Virus record (IMG/VR): IMGVR_UViG_3300046542_000259
Reading direction: 5' to 3' (one strand)
DNA: 64,000 bases
Source: a virus
Lineage: Duplodnaviria; Heunggongvirae; Uroviricota; Caudoviricetes
The translations under genes and the position numbers were made by a program. The notes beneath the pieces are model-generated. The model did no database searches and was not told the origin of the DNA. It saw nothing but the letters and a program-made list of their open reading frames with translations. Of this stretch, positions 8,440-18,263 are shown piece after piece (the first letter of the stretch is position 1; every line of letters begins with the position of its first letter).

Positions 8440-11150
8440 CCGTACATAATAAATATCACGGCACAGCGCCGGTCTCCGCTGTGTATTGTGGCCGTGGTTC
8501 TCGATACGGGAACCCTTTCGTCATCGGACGTGACGGCGATAGAGATGAAGTTTGTGATAAGTTCGAGCAACTTATCCTCCCTGATTTAGATGTTTCAAAG
8601 TTACGAGGAAAAGATTTGGTTTGTTTCTGCAAGCCAAAGCGTTGCCACTGTGACTCAATAATAAGAAAAGCGAATCTGCCTTTGGCCATAAATAGAAAAA
8701 AACTCCGTACAGCTATTTTTGACATAGAATCTGACGGCTTGCTTGACAGAATCACTAAGGTTCATGTTCTTTGCATCAAAGAATTTGAAACAGGTAAGAA
8801 ATTTAAGTTTTTAGAACATGAGATCGAAGAAGGGCTTGAGCTTCTTCGTGATGCTGAAATGGTAGTGGCTCATAACGGCTTAGGGTTTGATATTCCTGCG
8901 CTTTTCAAACTCTATCCAGATTTTGAAATCAATGGGAAGATTCGGGACAGTCTTGTGATGACACGTGTTATGTTCTCGCATCAGAAAGAACTTGACTTCC
9001 GCCTCTATGAAAAAGGTATGCTCCCATCTGAATTTATTGGAAAACATAGCCTCGATAGCTGGGGTTATCGTATCGGTAAGTACAAAGGTGATTATTCTAA
9101 AATTAAGCGGGCCGAAGCAAAAGCCCTTGGCATAACTGATGAAGATGAATTGCTAGACTACGTTTGGGGACATTATACTCCTGAGCTTGGCGAATATTGT
9201 GAAAACGACGTTGAAGTCACGGATGAATTGTGGAAAATGCTTCTGGAACAAGATTATCCAGAATTTCCTATCGTGTTCGAGCATGAGTTTGCGGACTACT
9301 GCGTAAGGCAAGAAGCTAACGGCTTCCCGTTCAACACTGAGGCGGCGCAAGCCCTAGAAGCTGACCTACGTGGCTCTAAAGATATTATCGTAACAGAGTG
9401 TGAAAAGAACTTTCCGTCTCGGTTAGAGGCTTCTTCGAAGACGACATACGGTAAGCTTCGTGAAGAATTTAACGCCGTTGATTGGGACAAAATTGATAAT
9501 CCTGAGTTAGAGGATATGGTTTACGATCTGTTATCAGGTCATGATCAAGACAAACCAGTCCCCACAATGACTATCCCTAAAAAGACCTTGAGATACAAAG
9601 ACCCGGCTCGTGGTGATAGAACCGCTGGATGCCCTTTCACACCGGTTTATTTCAAAGAATTTAATCCCGGTTCGCGCCAGCAAGTCGCTACACGGTTGAT
9701 GGAACAAGGTTGGGAACCTACTGATTTCACGGAAAAGGGTAATATCAAAATTGACGATATTATTCTCAAGAACGCAGCGGAACGTTTTCCAATCGCCGCA
9801 ACTCTAGCAGATTACTTCGGCGTTAACAAGACCCTTGGTCAGTTAGCCGATGGTGATAATGGTTGGCTAAAGCTTGTAACTCCTGAAAATAAAATCCATC
9901 ACTATGTAAATCCTTGCGGCGCTGTGACAGGTCGTTGTACCCATGCCAAACCTAACCTTGGTCAGGTTCCGGCTATTTCAAAGGATAAAGAAAAAAATAT
10001 TAAGATGGGTCGAGACGGCGGCTGGGGTTTTGAGTGCCGTTCTCTGTTCTACACCACATCTCCATTCGTTATGATGGGTAGTGACTTGAGCGGTATTGAG
10101 CTTCGTTGTTTGGCTCACTACATGGCAGAGTTTGATAATGGCGAATATGCGAAAGAACTGCTTGAAGGTGATATTCACACCGTTAATATGAACGCGGCGG
10201 GGCTTGAAAGTCGTGATCAGGCCAAGACCTTCATCTACGCCTGCCTTACTTTTGACACAATTGTACTTACCGCAAGCGGTTGGAAATCTTTTGACAAATT
10301 GGTTGATGGCGAAGCGGTTTGGTCGTGGAACTCTATCGATAGAGTAATGGAGTATTGTCCTATCACTGAAAAAGTGAGTTATGGCGAAGCTGATATTTGG
10401 ACCGTAAATACAGATAGTGGCAATATTCGTTGCACTCCGAATCATCGTTGGTATCTAATTAACGGTAAAGTAATTGAGGCACAAGACCTTATTGCCGGTG
10501 ATCAAATTAGAATTGATGAATTTAGTTATGCCAGAGTTCTCACTGTAACCGACTTGAAACAAAAAGCTCCTGTTTGGTGCATCGGGACTGTAAATAATAC
10601 ATTCTATTGCCGTTCCGCTACTGGCTATCAAGGCATTACAGGTAACACGCTTTATGGCGCTGGCCCTCAAAAGATTGGTTCAATTGTTTTACCTTTTGCT
10701 TCTGAAGCGGAACAGACTCGCGTCGGCAAAGAATTACTAGACCGCTTCCTACGTAACATGCCAGCGCTTAAGAAACTGATGAAGAATCTTAAGAATGAGG
10801 CCCGCCGTGGTTTCATTATTGGTCTAGATGGTCGTCGCCTCTATATCAGGGCGCAACACGCCGCGCTCAACACCTTGCTTCAAAACGCTGGTGCTATGAT
10901 CGCTAAAAAGTGGGTCCTACTGTTCGAGCAATACATGGAAGCTGAAGGATATGTTCATGGCTGGGACGGAGATTTCGCGATGATGGCTTTTGTTCACGAT
11001 GAAATTCAGGTTTCAGTTATGGAAGCTCTGGCTCAAATGGCTGGTGAAACATCTCAATTAGCTGCGGCTGATGCAGGGGATTTCTTCGGGTTCAAACTCC
11101 CCGTCGCGGCGGAATATAAAATTGGGTTGGATTGGGGCCAGACGCACTAA
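8430..11150 (+). CDS. Family A (T7-like) DNA polymerase with 3'-5' exonuclease, N-terminal DUF4326-like domain and mini-intein
   Basis: GRGSRYGNPF...LVCFCKPKRCHCD (DUF4326-like); FDIESDG, AHNGLGFD, YCENDV exo motifs; SDLSGIELR motif A; AKTFIYA-[intein]-TLYGAG motif B; VHDE motif C. Confidence 0.93.
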   Translation: MLPSVHNKYHGTAPVSAVYCGRGSRYGNPFVIGRDGDRDEVCDKFEQLILPDLDVSKLRGKDLVCFCKPKRCHCDSIIRKANLPLAINRKKLRTAIFDIESDGLLDRITKVHVLCIKEFETGKKFKFLEHEIEEGLELLRDAEMVVAHNGLGFDIPALFKLYPDFEINGKIRDSLVMTRVMFSHQKELDFRLYEKGMLPSEFIGKHSLDSWGYRIGKYKGDYSKIKRAEAKALGITDEDELLDYVWGHYTPELGEYCENDVEVTDELWKMLLEQDYPEFPIVFEHEFADYCVRQEANGFPFNTEAAQALEADLRGSKDIIVTECEKNFPSRLEASSKTTYGKLREEFNAVDWDKIDNPELEDMVYDLLSGHDQDKPVPTMTIPKKTLRYKDPARGDRTAGCPFTPVYFKEFNPGSRQQVATRLMEQGWEPTDFTEKGNIKIDDIILKNAAERFPIAATLADYFGVNKTLGQLADGDNGWLKLVTPENKIHHYVNPCGAVTGRCTHAKPNLGQVPAISKDKEKNIKMGRDGGWGFECRSLFYTTSPFVMMGSDLSGIELRCLAHYMAEFDNGEYAKELLEGDIHTVNMNAAGLESRDQAKTFIYACLTFDTIVLTASGWKSFDKLVDGEAVWSWNSIDRVMEYCPITEKVSYGEADIWTVNTDSGNIRCTPNHRWYLINGKVIEAQDLIAGDQIRIDEFSYARVLTVTDLKQKAPVWCIGTVNNTFYCRSATGYQGITGNTLYGAGPQKIGSIVLPFASEAEQTRVGKELLDRFLRNMPALKKLMKNLKNEARRGFIIGLDGRRLYIRAQHAALNTLLQNAGAMIAKKWVLLFEQYMEAEGYVHGWDGDFAMMAFVHDEIQVSVMEALAQMAGETSQLAAADAGDFFGFKLPVAAEYKIGLDWGQTH
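10242..10646 (+). mobile_element. 135-aa mini-intein (no endonuclease) in polymerase motif B
   Basis: Starts CLTFDTIVLT, block B TPNHRW, block F VWCIGT, ends ITGN followed by Thr+1; removal restores KTFIYATLYGAG. Confidence 0.92.
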
Positions 11151-11182
11151 TTAACGCATTGATTTTAAAGGATAAAATTCAA

Positions 11183-11407
11183 ATGGCTAGAAACGTTGAT
11201 CCGGTCCAAGACTTCGTAGACACTTGGGTCTCTAAAAATTCAAAAGATAAGAAACTTGCTGAGATTGAATTTCTTGGAGAATTGGCCATGAAATATGATT
11301 TTGTGGTTGTAGATTGGGGAGCTTACGAAATGCTGGTATGCGTCTATAGAGAAAAATGGCACGCCGACAGAGGCGAAATTGATCCGGCCATAGAAAATGA
11401 AAACTAG
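11183..11407 (+). CDS. Hypothetical protein
   Basis: ATG 11183 after AAGGA; same frame as called ORF 11132..11407. Confidence 0.6.
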   Translation: MARNVDPVQDFVDTWVSKNSKDKKLAEIEFLGELAMKYDFVVVDWGAYEMLVCVYREKWHADRGEIDPAIENEN

Positions 11408-11430
11408 TTTCAATTTAATAAACTTTTCGC

Positions 11431-11459
11431 TTGACATTTAAAACTTAATATGGTATAGT
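11431..11459 (+). promoter_or_regulatory. Sigma70-type promoter
   Basis: TTGACA-17 nt-TATAGT with TGG before -10. Confidence 0.75.
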
Positions 11460-11492
11460 CCGCAAGTTAAATCAAAAAGAAGAAAATAATAA

Positions 11493-11756
11493 ATGGAAAC
11501 TTTACTTTACTTTCTCGGTTTCGTTTTTCTCTTATGCACCTATTTTTATGTCACTACAACTGCTGTGACGATTGGTGTACGAGCCGGAATGGAAACCTTC
11601 GCCCAAGAATTTCTCCCTCTCTATCTAGCAACGCTTGAGCGTCTAGAAGACGACACTGATCCAGATGTGTTGACGGTTCTACAAGCCGAAGAAAATGGCG
11701 AAATCTCTTCCGAAGCTGCGGCTACAATTCTTAAGAATATGCGCGGCGAAAAATAA
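11493..11756 (+). CDS. Hypothetical membrane protein
   Basis: N-terminal hydrophobic helix; first gene after promoter. Confidence 0.65.
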   Translation: METLLYFLGFVFLLCTYFYVTTTAVTIGVRAGMETFAQEFLPLYLATLERLEDDTDPDVLTVLQAEENGEISSEAAATILKNMRGEK

Positions 11757-12349
11757 TGAAATATTTAGTTTTTGATACCGAAACCACTGGTTTGGTCCAG
11801 TGGGGTGCCTCCCCTATTGACCCAAGACATTGTAAGCTGGTCCAACTTGGTTGCATCCTATTCGACACCAATCATTATGAAATTGCTACATTAAAAACTA
11901 TCGTAATCCCTTTAGCTCCGATTGGGGCTAAAGCAGAAGAGACCCACGGCATTTCTATGGAAGTCGCTAAAGAATACGGTGTCTCGAATGAAAACGCTTT
12001 GGAAATCTTTTGTGATTTTGTCGATATAGCAGACGTTGTCGTGGCTCACAACATGTCATTTGATGCCTTGGTTATGCGCCACGCCGCACATAATGCGAAG
12101 ATGAAGGGCGATATCTTCGAAGGAAAAGAGCTTCGCTGTACCAAAGAAGCCACAACAAGCATCCTGCGCCTACCTAAACCAAATGGCAAAAAGGGCTATA
12201 AGTGGCCCAGCCTTCAAGAATGTATGACTTACTTTTTTAAAGAAGACATTCAAGGGGCGCATGATGCAATGGTTGATGTTAGGGCCTGCGCCAGAGTTTA
12301 CCAAAGCTTGACAAAGAATTTTGAACCGAGAGAGTTAAAGTGGCAATAG
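11756..12349 (+). CDS. DEDDh 3'-5' exonuclease (DnaQ/epsilon-like)
   Basis: FDTETTGL, AHNMSFD, AHDAMVDV. Confidence 0.9.
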   Translation: MKYLVFDTETTGLVQWGASPIDPRHCKLVQLGCILFDTNHYEIATLKTIVIPLAPIGAKAEETHGISMEVAKEYGVSNENALEIFCDFVDIADVVVAHNMSFDALVMRHAAHNAKMKGDIFEGKELRCTKEATTSILRLPKPNGKKGYKWPSLQECMTYFFKEDIQGAHDAMVDVRACARVYQSLTKNFEPRELKWQ

Positions 12350-13461
12350 ATAAAGTGGACATTAAAAAAGGCGCGGCTAAGCTGGTTGAAGAATCTAAAA
12401 TTCTAGACTTCGATAAAATCTTCAATAACTATATGTCTTCTGCGGGTAAGCAGAAGAAATGGATGTATGACCGTAACCTTTCCATGGGTGCGTCTGAAGT
12501 TTTTGATTGTCTCCGCAAGGCATTCTTCAAGAAGCGTGGCTTTGAAATCGATGAGGGTTATGATCAGTCTTGGGGCGCGATGGAGCGCGGCAACCTAATC
12601 GAAGATTACTATGTCGTTCCAGCACTTGACGTAGGTCTTCCTGAAGGTGTTGATCTTATCGGCGCGGGACAAAGTGATCAGACTACATTTCTAGATGAAG
12701 AAAATTTCCTTAGCGCGACACCAGACGGTCTAGTTGCCAATCTTCCTAGCAATGCTCTTAGCCTTTATGGTATTGAAGATATCGAAAGTGATTGTATCAC
12801 GGTTGAAGTGAAATCAATTGATCCTCGTGTCAATCTAACTGAAGAAAAGACGATTCACAGAGGTCAGGTCAATGTCCAAATGGGCTTGATCCGCGATCAG
12901 ACCGATTTCAAGCCACGCTACGCCGTCATTCTTTATGTTGACGCTTCATTCCTTGATAATATTAAACCGTTCATTGTTCGGTTCGATGAAAAAACTTATG
13001 CTGCTGCTAAGCAACGAGCTAAGAAGGTATTTGCGGCTAAAACACCAGAAGACCTAGCCGCTGAAGGCAAAATGACTGGCGCTTGTAAGCTTTGTCAATT
13101 TGCCAAACGTTGTAACATGCTCAATCTAGCAGCTGTGCCAACAGAAAGCTATGACAAAACGACTTCAGATAAAGATCGTGACGCAATGGCTAAATTGGTC
13201 GCTGCTGAGGCTAAGGCTAAAGAAGAATCCAAGAAGGCTGAGCAAGCCGTTGAAGTGGCTAAGCTAGAAATTAAGGAATACCTGAAGAAGCTTGGCACGA
13301 AGAACCTGAAAGCAATTGATGGTTCTTGGAACGTAAGTTACTCCACTCAAAAAGGTCGTACCACGTTAGACAAAGAAGCCATGATTGAAGATGGCATTGA
13401 TCTGACGAAGTATCAGGTGGAAGGAGAAGGTTTTGAGGTGCTGCGCGTAACGGTGAAGTAA
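12340..13461 (+). CDS. PD-(D/E)xK / Cas4-like exonuclease
   Basis: GASE..CLRK, ATPDG, EVKS, Q..Q, C..C.F...C cluster. Confidence 0.8.
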   Translation: MAIDKVDIKKGAAKLVEESKILDFDKIFNNYMSSAGKQKKWMYDRNLSMGASEVFDCLRKAFFKKRGFEIDEGYDQSWGAMERGNLIEDYYVVPALDVGLPEGVDLIGAGQSDQTTFLDEENFLSATPDGLVANLPSNALSLYGIEDIESDCITVEVKSIDPRVNLTEEKTIHRGQVNVQMGLIRDQTDFKPRYAVILYVDASFLDNIKPFIVRFDEKTYAAAKQRAKKVFAAKTPEDLAAEGKMTGACKLCQFAKRCNMLNLAAVPTESYDKTTSDKDRDAMAKLVAAEAKAKEESKKAEQAVEVAKLEIKEYLKKLGTKNLKAIDGSWNVSYSTQKGRTTLDKEAMIEDGIDLTKYQVEGEGFEVLRVTVK

Positions 13462-13576
13462 ACTCTCAATAAAATCAATGAGTTAATTGTCTCTAAATTC
13501 ATTGACATTATAAAAAGACTGTAGAGACAACGAACTAAGAAACCTAAACATAAGAAACGAAAAGAGTAAACTATAA

Positions 13577-14380
13577 ATGGCAAATGAACTAACAACACGT
13601 ACCAATAACGCTGTAGCAACTCCCGCCGCTGGTGGTAATCCGTTCCTACAAGCCGCTGGCGCACTAGGCGGCGGCAATGAAGGTCTCACCTATCTTTCAT
13701 TCTCAGGAAAGACGGGAGACTATACTTATGGTCAAGAAAAAGATGAGCTTGACGGTCCTTGGAAAGGCGCTGTCAATATGCAGTCAGCCGCTAGAGGCTG
13801 GATTTGCTGGATTAGTGGGGCGGTAGAAGGCGAAGAAATGGTTAAGATTCTTGAGGGCAATCCGCCGCTCAAGTCTCAGTTGGAAGACCCCGGCCCGCTT
13901 GACGATGAAGACGACGGTTGGTCTGAGCAGTTTAGCTTTGAAGTAGGTGAAATGAAAAGCGGCGAAAAGCTTCTTTTCAAGAACGGCTCAAAGTCCGGTC
14001 TCCGAGCCTTTGGTAATCTCCTGTCTCAGTACGGTCGCGCAATTCAGAAGGGTCAGAACCTCGATGACAATGGTGAAGAATTGCATCCTGTAGTGGAATT
14101 CGACTCTGTCGAATTTACCCCTAAAAATAGCAAATCCAAGAAAGATAGGGCCTATGCTCCATCATTCAAAATCATTGATTGGATTAGTGAAACTGAGCTT
14201 GAAGAAATGTTTGGTGGTGAAGACAATCCAGACAACTACGAGGAAGAAGAAGCTCCAAAGGCCGACGCCAAGAAGAAGGCTGCAAAGCCCGCTCCTGAGC
14301 CTGAAGCCGAAGAGGCAGAAGCTGAAACCCCTGCCGAGGAAGCTCCTGCTGAAGGCGGTCGCCGTCGTCGTAGGTTTTAA
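13577..14380 (+). CDS. Phage single-stranded DNA-binding / recombination protein
   Basis: Located between exonuclease and helicase; YLSFSGKTGDY, GWICW, P.F.II.W motifs; acidic low-complexity tail. Confidence 0.7.
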   Translation: MANELTTRTNNAVATPAAGGNPFLQAAGALGGGNEGLTYLSFSGKTGDYTYGQEKDELDGPWKGAVNMQSAARGWICWISGAVEGEEMVKILEGNPPLKSQLEDPGPLDDEDDGWSEQFSFEVGEMKSGEKLLFKNGSKSGLRAFGNLLSQYGRAIQKGQNLDDNGEELHPVVEFDSVEFTPKNSKSKKDRAYAPSFKIIDWISETELEEMFGGEDNPDNYEEEEAPKADAKKKAAKPAPEPEAEEAEAETPAEEAPAEGGRRRRRF

Positions 14381-14413
14381 TAAACCCATTTAAAGTCAAA
14401 TCGTAATTGAACA

Positions 14414-14443
14414 ACTCCGAAGCTATTGATTTAGCTTCGGAGT
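14414..14443 (+). terminator. 12-bp hairpin between SSB and the intein-like gene (terminator or translational control)
   Basis: ACTCCGAAGCTA-ttgatt-TAGCTTCGGAGT perfect inverted repeat. Confidence 0.6.
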
Positions 14444-14458
14444 ATTTGGAAATAATTT

Positions 14459-15514
14459 ATGTCATTAAGCAGTAATGCAGTTTTACAGACTCCTCATGGA
14501 GCAAAGCGGGCTAGTGACCTTAAAATGGGCGACCATATATTCAATAGCGGCGGACAAATAAACAATGTTTTAAGCATAGTTAACGAAGGCTTTAAGCCTT
14601 GTTATCGAGTAAAGTTCTCAGATAGCACTTACGTAGATACCGATTTATCACAAAAATTTAAAGTCAGAATCTACACAGCCACAATTGAAGGTATTAGAAA
14701 AGAATTTTTTAAGTTATTAAGCTTAGAAGATATAATTAAAAGAGAATTTAAAATGCCGTCAGGTGCTTTCAAACATGTAAACGTCATGAATTCCGCTGTG
14801 ATCTATCCTGAGAAAAGCGTATACATCCACCCTTATATTTTAGGTATTTTGCTCGGGGATGGTCATTTAAAGGGATCAAGCCCTTATTTCTCCCTTTGTA
14901 ATTCTGAAACTGAGATATTATCATTTATAGAAGATAAGTTACCTAAAAATATCGAATTAAGCTTAAAGCAATATCCCGGTTGTTGGAGGGTGTCTCTGAT
15001 AGAACCTTCTGTACATAAACAGAATAAAATGAAAGATGCCATTAAGCAATTAGGATTAGACGTTAAGGGAGATAAAAAATTTCTTCCTGATATTTACAAA
15101 TATAATAGTGTAGAAAATAGGATTGAACTTTTGAAAGGGTTGATGGATTCTGACGGCCATGCTCAGTTGATTGATGGGACAGCTAGATTTTACACAAGCA
15201 ACGAAAAACTAGCTACGGATGTAATTGAGTTAGTTAATTCACTGGGAGGCATAGTCTACAAATACGAATCAAAAAGAGGGGATAAAGTTAAACCAGCGAC
15301 AGAATTTACGTTAGTTTTGCGATTGAATTTCAATCCTTTTAAACTCTCGACAAAAAATAAAAATTGGCGGCCTATGAAACGCACTCGAATCAATAAAACA
15401 ATAATATCAGCTTCATACATTGGTGAAAAAGAAGTAATTTCTTTTAATATTAATGGCGGAGATAATTCATTTTTGGCTGATAATTTCATAGTGGTATCAG
15501 GAGATGCACAATGA
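14459..15514 (+). mobile_element. Free-standing intein-derived (HINT + LAGLIDADG) homing endonuclease gene
   Basis: Intein-like block A and F/G folds, two LAGLIDADG motifs (YILGILLGDG, LLKGLMDSDG); in-frame TAA 6 nt upstream of ATG so no N-extein; ends VVSGDAQ-stop with no HN/C-extein. Confidence 0.8.
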
Positions 15515-16845
15515 CAATCTCTCTTACAAATCACCAAAATGACGCTGTTAAAAAAGTAGTTAGATGGTTCAAGGAGGCATCACAGGTTGTGGAACCTAAA
15601 TATTGCTACTTAGCCGGGTATGCTGGCAGTGGTAAGAGCAGCGTGCTTCCTTTTATTATCGAAGCTTGCGGACTAGACGCTGATGAGGTTTGCGTACTTG
15701 CACCGACCGGTAAAGCAGCGAGAGTCGCTGGTAAAAAATTAAAGGGCGCTGGGGTGAATATTACCCCTAGAACTATTCACTCTATGATTTATCGGCCAAA
15801 AGCGTTGAAGGCTGAGGTTATTCAGTATAAAATTGCTGATCTTGGTAACGCTTTAAGGGCCGCAGCTGAATATAAAACGAACGAAGTGTTTTTTGAAGGT
15901 AAACGCTACGATATTAAACAAGCGCAGCAAACTCTAAAAATGCTTAATACTGATCTTGAAAAGGCTTACATTAGCACCGATGGGCCTACATGGCAGCTAA
16001 ACACTGAAAGTCCTATTAGAGAAGTCTCATTAATTATCATTGACGAGTCTTCAATGTGCGGGGCTTCAATGGCTGAAGATTTGAAGTCTTTTGGAAAACC
16101 TATTCTTGCCATTGGTGATCCGGGACAGCTTCCACCTGTAAAAGATTCTGCTGGATTCTGTGTCGGGGAGCCAGATGTATTTCTTTCGGAGATTCACCGT
16201 CAAGCCAAGGACAACCCCATAATCGCGCTTGCTACCCATATTCGCGAAGGAGGGGATTTCAAATTAGGGAATTGGGGGGACACAGTTAAGATCGTTAGCA
16301 GGAAAAACGATACCGACACATATGATGTTGATCAAGACTTGCAAGTTCTTTGTGGCACTCACGTGAAACGTTGGAATCTTACTAAAAAAATTAGGGCAGC
16401 AGCTGGTTATGACCTAATAGGTCCCATGGCTGGAGAACCGTTAATTGTTAGGAAGAATTCTAGAACATCCGAGACACTAGTCAACGGAATGTTATTAACT
16501 TGTGAGCAAGATTATGAATTAATTCATGGTAAGGCTACGTTTCCTTTAAAAGCTACAGACGAAGATGAAGTCCAAAGGAATATCATAACCTGTCAAGCGC
16601 TTTTTGAAGAGCATTTTGCACGGCAGTCAGGCTATGTAAGCGCTGATAAGAGAGATGGCTATGAAGCCAAGAAAAAACATCACCTCGTGGATTGGGCGTG
16701 GGCTCTGACCTGCCATTCGTCACAGGGCTCACAATGGAATAAAGTAGTTGTGCATGACGAAGGTAGTTCATTCCGCGAAGATATTGATCGTTGGCGTTAC
16801 ACCGCCGTAACTCGTGCCGCAGAAAAACTAACAGTGGTGATTTAA
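15511..16845 (+). CDS. RecD/Dda-like SF1B DNA helicase
   Basis: GYAGSGKS, LAPTGKAA, IDESSM, GDPGQLPPV, TCHSSQGSQW, YTAVTRA. Confidence 0.92.
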   Translation: MTISLTNHQNDAVKKVVRWFKEASQVVEPKYCYLAGYAGSGKSSVLPFIIEACGLDADEVCVLAPTGKAARVAGKKLKGAGVNITPRTIHSMIYRPKALKAEVIQYKIADLGNALRAAAEYKTNEVFFEGKRYDIKQAQQTLKMLNTDLEKAYISTDGPTWQLNTESPIREVSLIIIDESSMCGASMAEDLKSFGKPILAIGDPGQLPPVKDSAGFCVGEPDVFLSEIHRQAKDNPIIALATHIREGGDFKLGNWGDTVKIVSRKNDTDTYDVDQDLQVLCGTHVKRWNLTKKIRAAAGYDLIGPMAGEPLIVRKNSRTSETLVNGMLLTCEQDYELIHGKATFPLKATDEDEVQRNIITCQALFEEHFARQSGYVSADKRDGYEAKKKHHLVDWAWALTCHSSQGSQWNKVVVHDEGSSFREDIDRWRYTAVTRAAEKLTVVI

Positions 16846-16846
16846 T

Positions 16847-17425
16847 ATGGCTCAGCCTGAGTGGAAGAAATATAAAAAGAAAAGAATTATCGGCTTTTGT
16901 GGATATAAAGGTGTCGGTAAAAGTGTAGCGGCTAAAGGTCTGGATGAAGAAGGCTATACCGATGTGCAATTTTCAGGAGGGCTAAAGTCTATGTTACGGG
17001 CCTTCTTGGAATACAACGGTGTCGATAATCCTGAGATGTATACCGATGATTGGTACAAGAACCACAAAAGCAGGTATTTTTGCGACAAAGAATTCCGTCA
17101 CGCGATGCAAACTCTTGGGACGGAATGGGGACGAAATATGATTGGCTCTGATTTCTGGATCAATGCTTGGACCAGAAGAATCCAGATGTTCGACAAGATT
17201 ACAGTAAGCGATGTTAGGTTTCCAGACGAAGTTGATGCGATTCGTACCAAAGGTGGGATTATCATCAGAGTCTTTCGTCCCAGCTTCGCTAATGTCGATG
17301 ATCACGAATCTGAAGCCAACATGATGAAGCTAACCGCTGATTATGAAGTTGTAAACAACACTATAAACGCTCTCCAAGTTAAAGTTAGAAACATTGTAAA
17401 GGAACATTTTGAAAGTGGGAAATAA
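16847..17425 (+). CDS. Deoxynucleoside monophosphate kinase
   Basis: GFCGYKGVGKS, RHAMQTLGTEWGR, SDVRFPDE. Confidence 0.9.
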   Translation: MAQPEWKKYKKKRIIGFCGYKGVGKSVAAKGLDEEGYTDVQFSGGLKSMLRAFLEYNGVDNPEMYTDDWYKNHKSRYFCDKEFRHAMQTLGTEWGRNMIGSDFWINAWTRRIQMFDKITVSDVRFPDEVDAIRTKGGIIIRVFRPSFANVDDHESEANMMKLTADYEVVNNTINALQVKVRNIVKEHFESGK

Positions 17426-18263
17426 GTTTATTTTTGAACCTTCGGTTCATGTCGTGGCAGAAACCATTATGAATCCTGAAGGTCTTGAGGCTTGGGCCGA
17501 TGAGCACGATCTGTTAGAAGTCATGAGTGATCAGGGCACGCCACTTGGCATTCTATGGACCGATTTGGTTCACAAAGAGGCTGATGTTTCATTAGATGCT
17601 CTTCCTGAATTTGCGGGCCGTCACTGCTACCGTTCCTTTGCCAAGGGCCGCGAACGGGACGCGTATATCGCCAATATCATTGAGATGGAACATGGCTCGG
17701 TGTTAGAGCACGCCAGCATTTCATTCGCCATCTCAGGCGTTAGTCGATCACTGACGCATGAACTGATTCGTCATAGGGCAGGAGCCGCGCCTAGTCAAGA
17801 ATCTCAGCGTTATGTAAGTGCTGATCAAGTGAATTTTGTCGTTCCTCCACTAATTAAAAGCTTGACAAATGCCACGGCTTATGATACGTTTGAAGCCAGT
17901 TGTTTAGAGAGTTTAGATTATTATCGAGCCTTAATTCAATTGATGGAAACCGAAACAACAACTGAAGATAATGAATTGGGTCTCAAACTATCCACGATGC
18001 GTAAGAAGCGTATCCTTGAAGCGGCCCGTTCCGTCCTTCCCAACGCGGCTGAAACCCGTCTCACTTGGACTATGAATATGCGGGCCGCTAGGCATGTCTG
18101 TGCCCTTCGTGGCGGGGAAGGTGCTGATCTAGAAATCAGGGCCTTAGCCGTTGTTATGACTCAAATCCTTAAGCAACGTGCTCCTGTGATTTTCAGCGAT
18201 TTTGAAATCTATACCGCTGATGACGGATTTGAAGCGGTACGTTGTGAGAAGCCAAAAGTATGA
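17409..18263 (+). CDS. thyX: Flavin-dependent thymidylate synthase
   Basis: HGSVLEH, SRSLTHELIRHR, RHRx7S (RHRAGAAPSQESQRY), ARSVLPNA. Confidence 0.93.
   Translation: MKVGNKFIFEPSVHVVAETIMNPEGLEAWADEHDLLEVMSDQGTPLGILWTDLVHKEADVSLDALPEFAGRHCYRSFAKGRERDAYIANIIEMEHGSVLEHASISFAISGVSRSLTHELIRHRAGAAPSQESQRYVSADQVNFVVPPLIKSLTNATAYDTFEASCLESLDYYRALIQLMETETTTEDNELGLKLSTMRKKRILEAARSVLPNAAETRLTWTMNMRAARHVCALRGGEGADLEIRALAVVMTQILKQRAPVIFSDFEIYTADDGFEAVRCEKPKV

Noticed and set aside
13502-13530. Promoter before the SSB gene
   Set aside because: TTGACA is present but no convincing -10 at 16-18 nt spacing; not listed as a feature.
14459-15514. Ordinary intein in the helicase or SSB
   Set aside because: In-frame stop just upstream, own stop codon, no terminal Asn or +1 nucleophile; helicase Walker A is uninterrupted.
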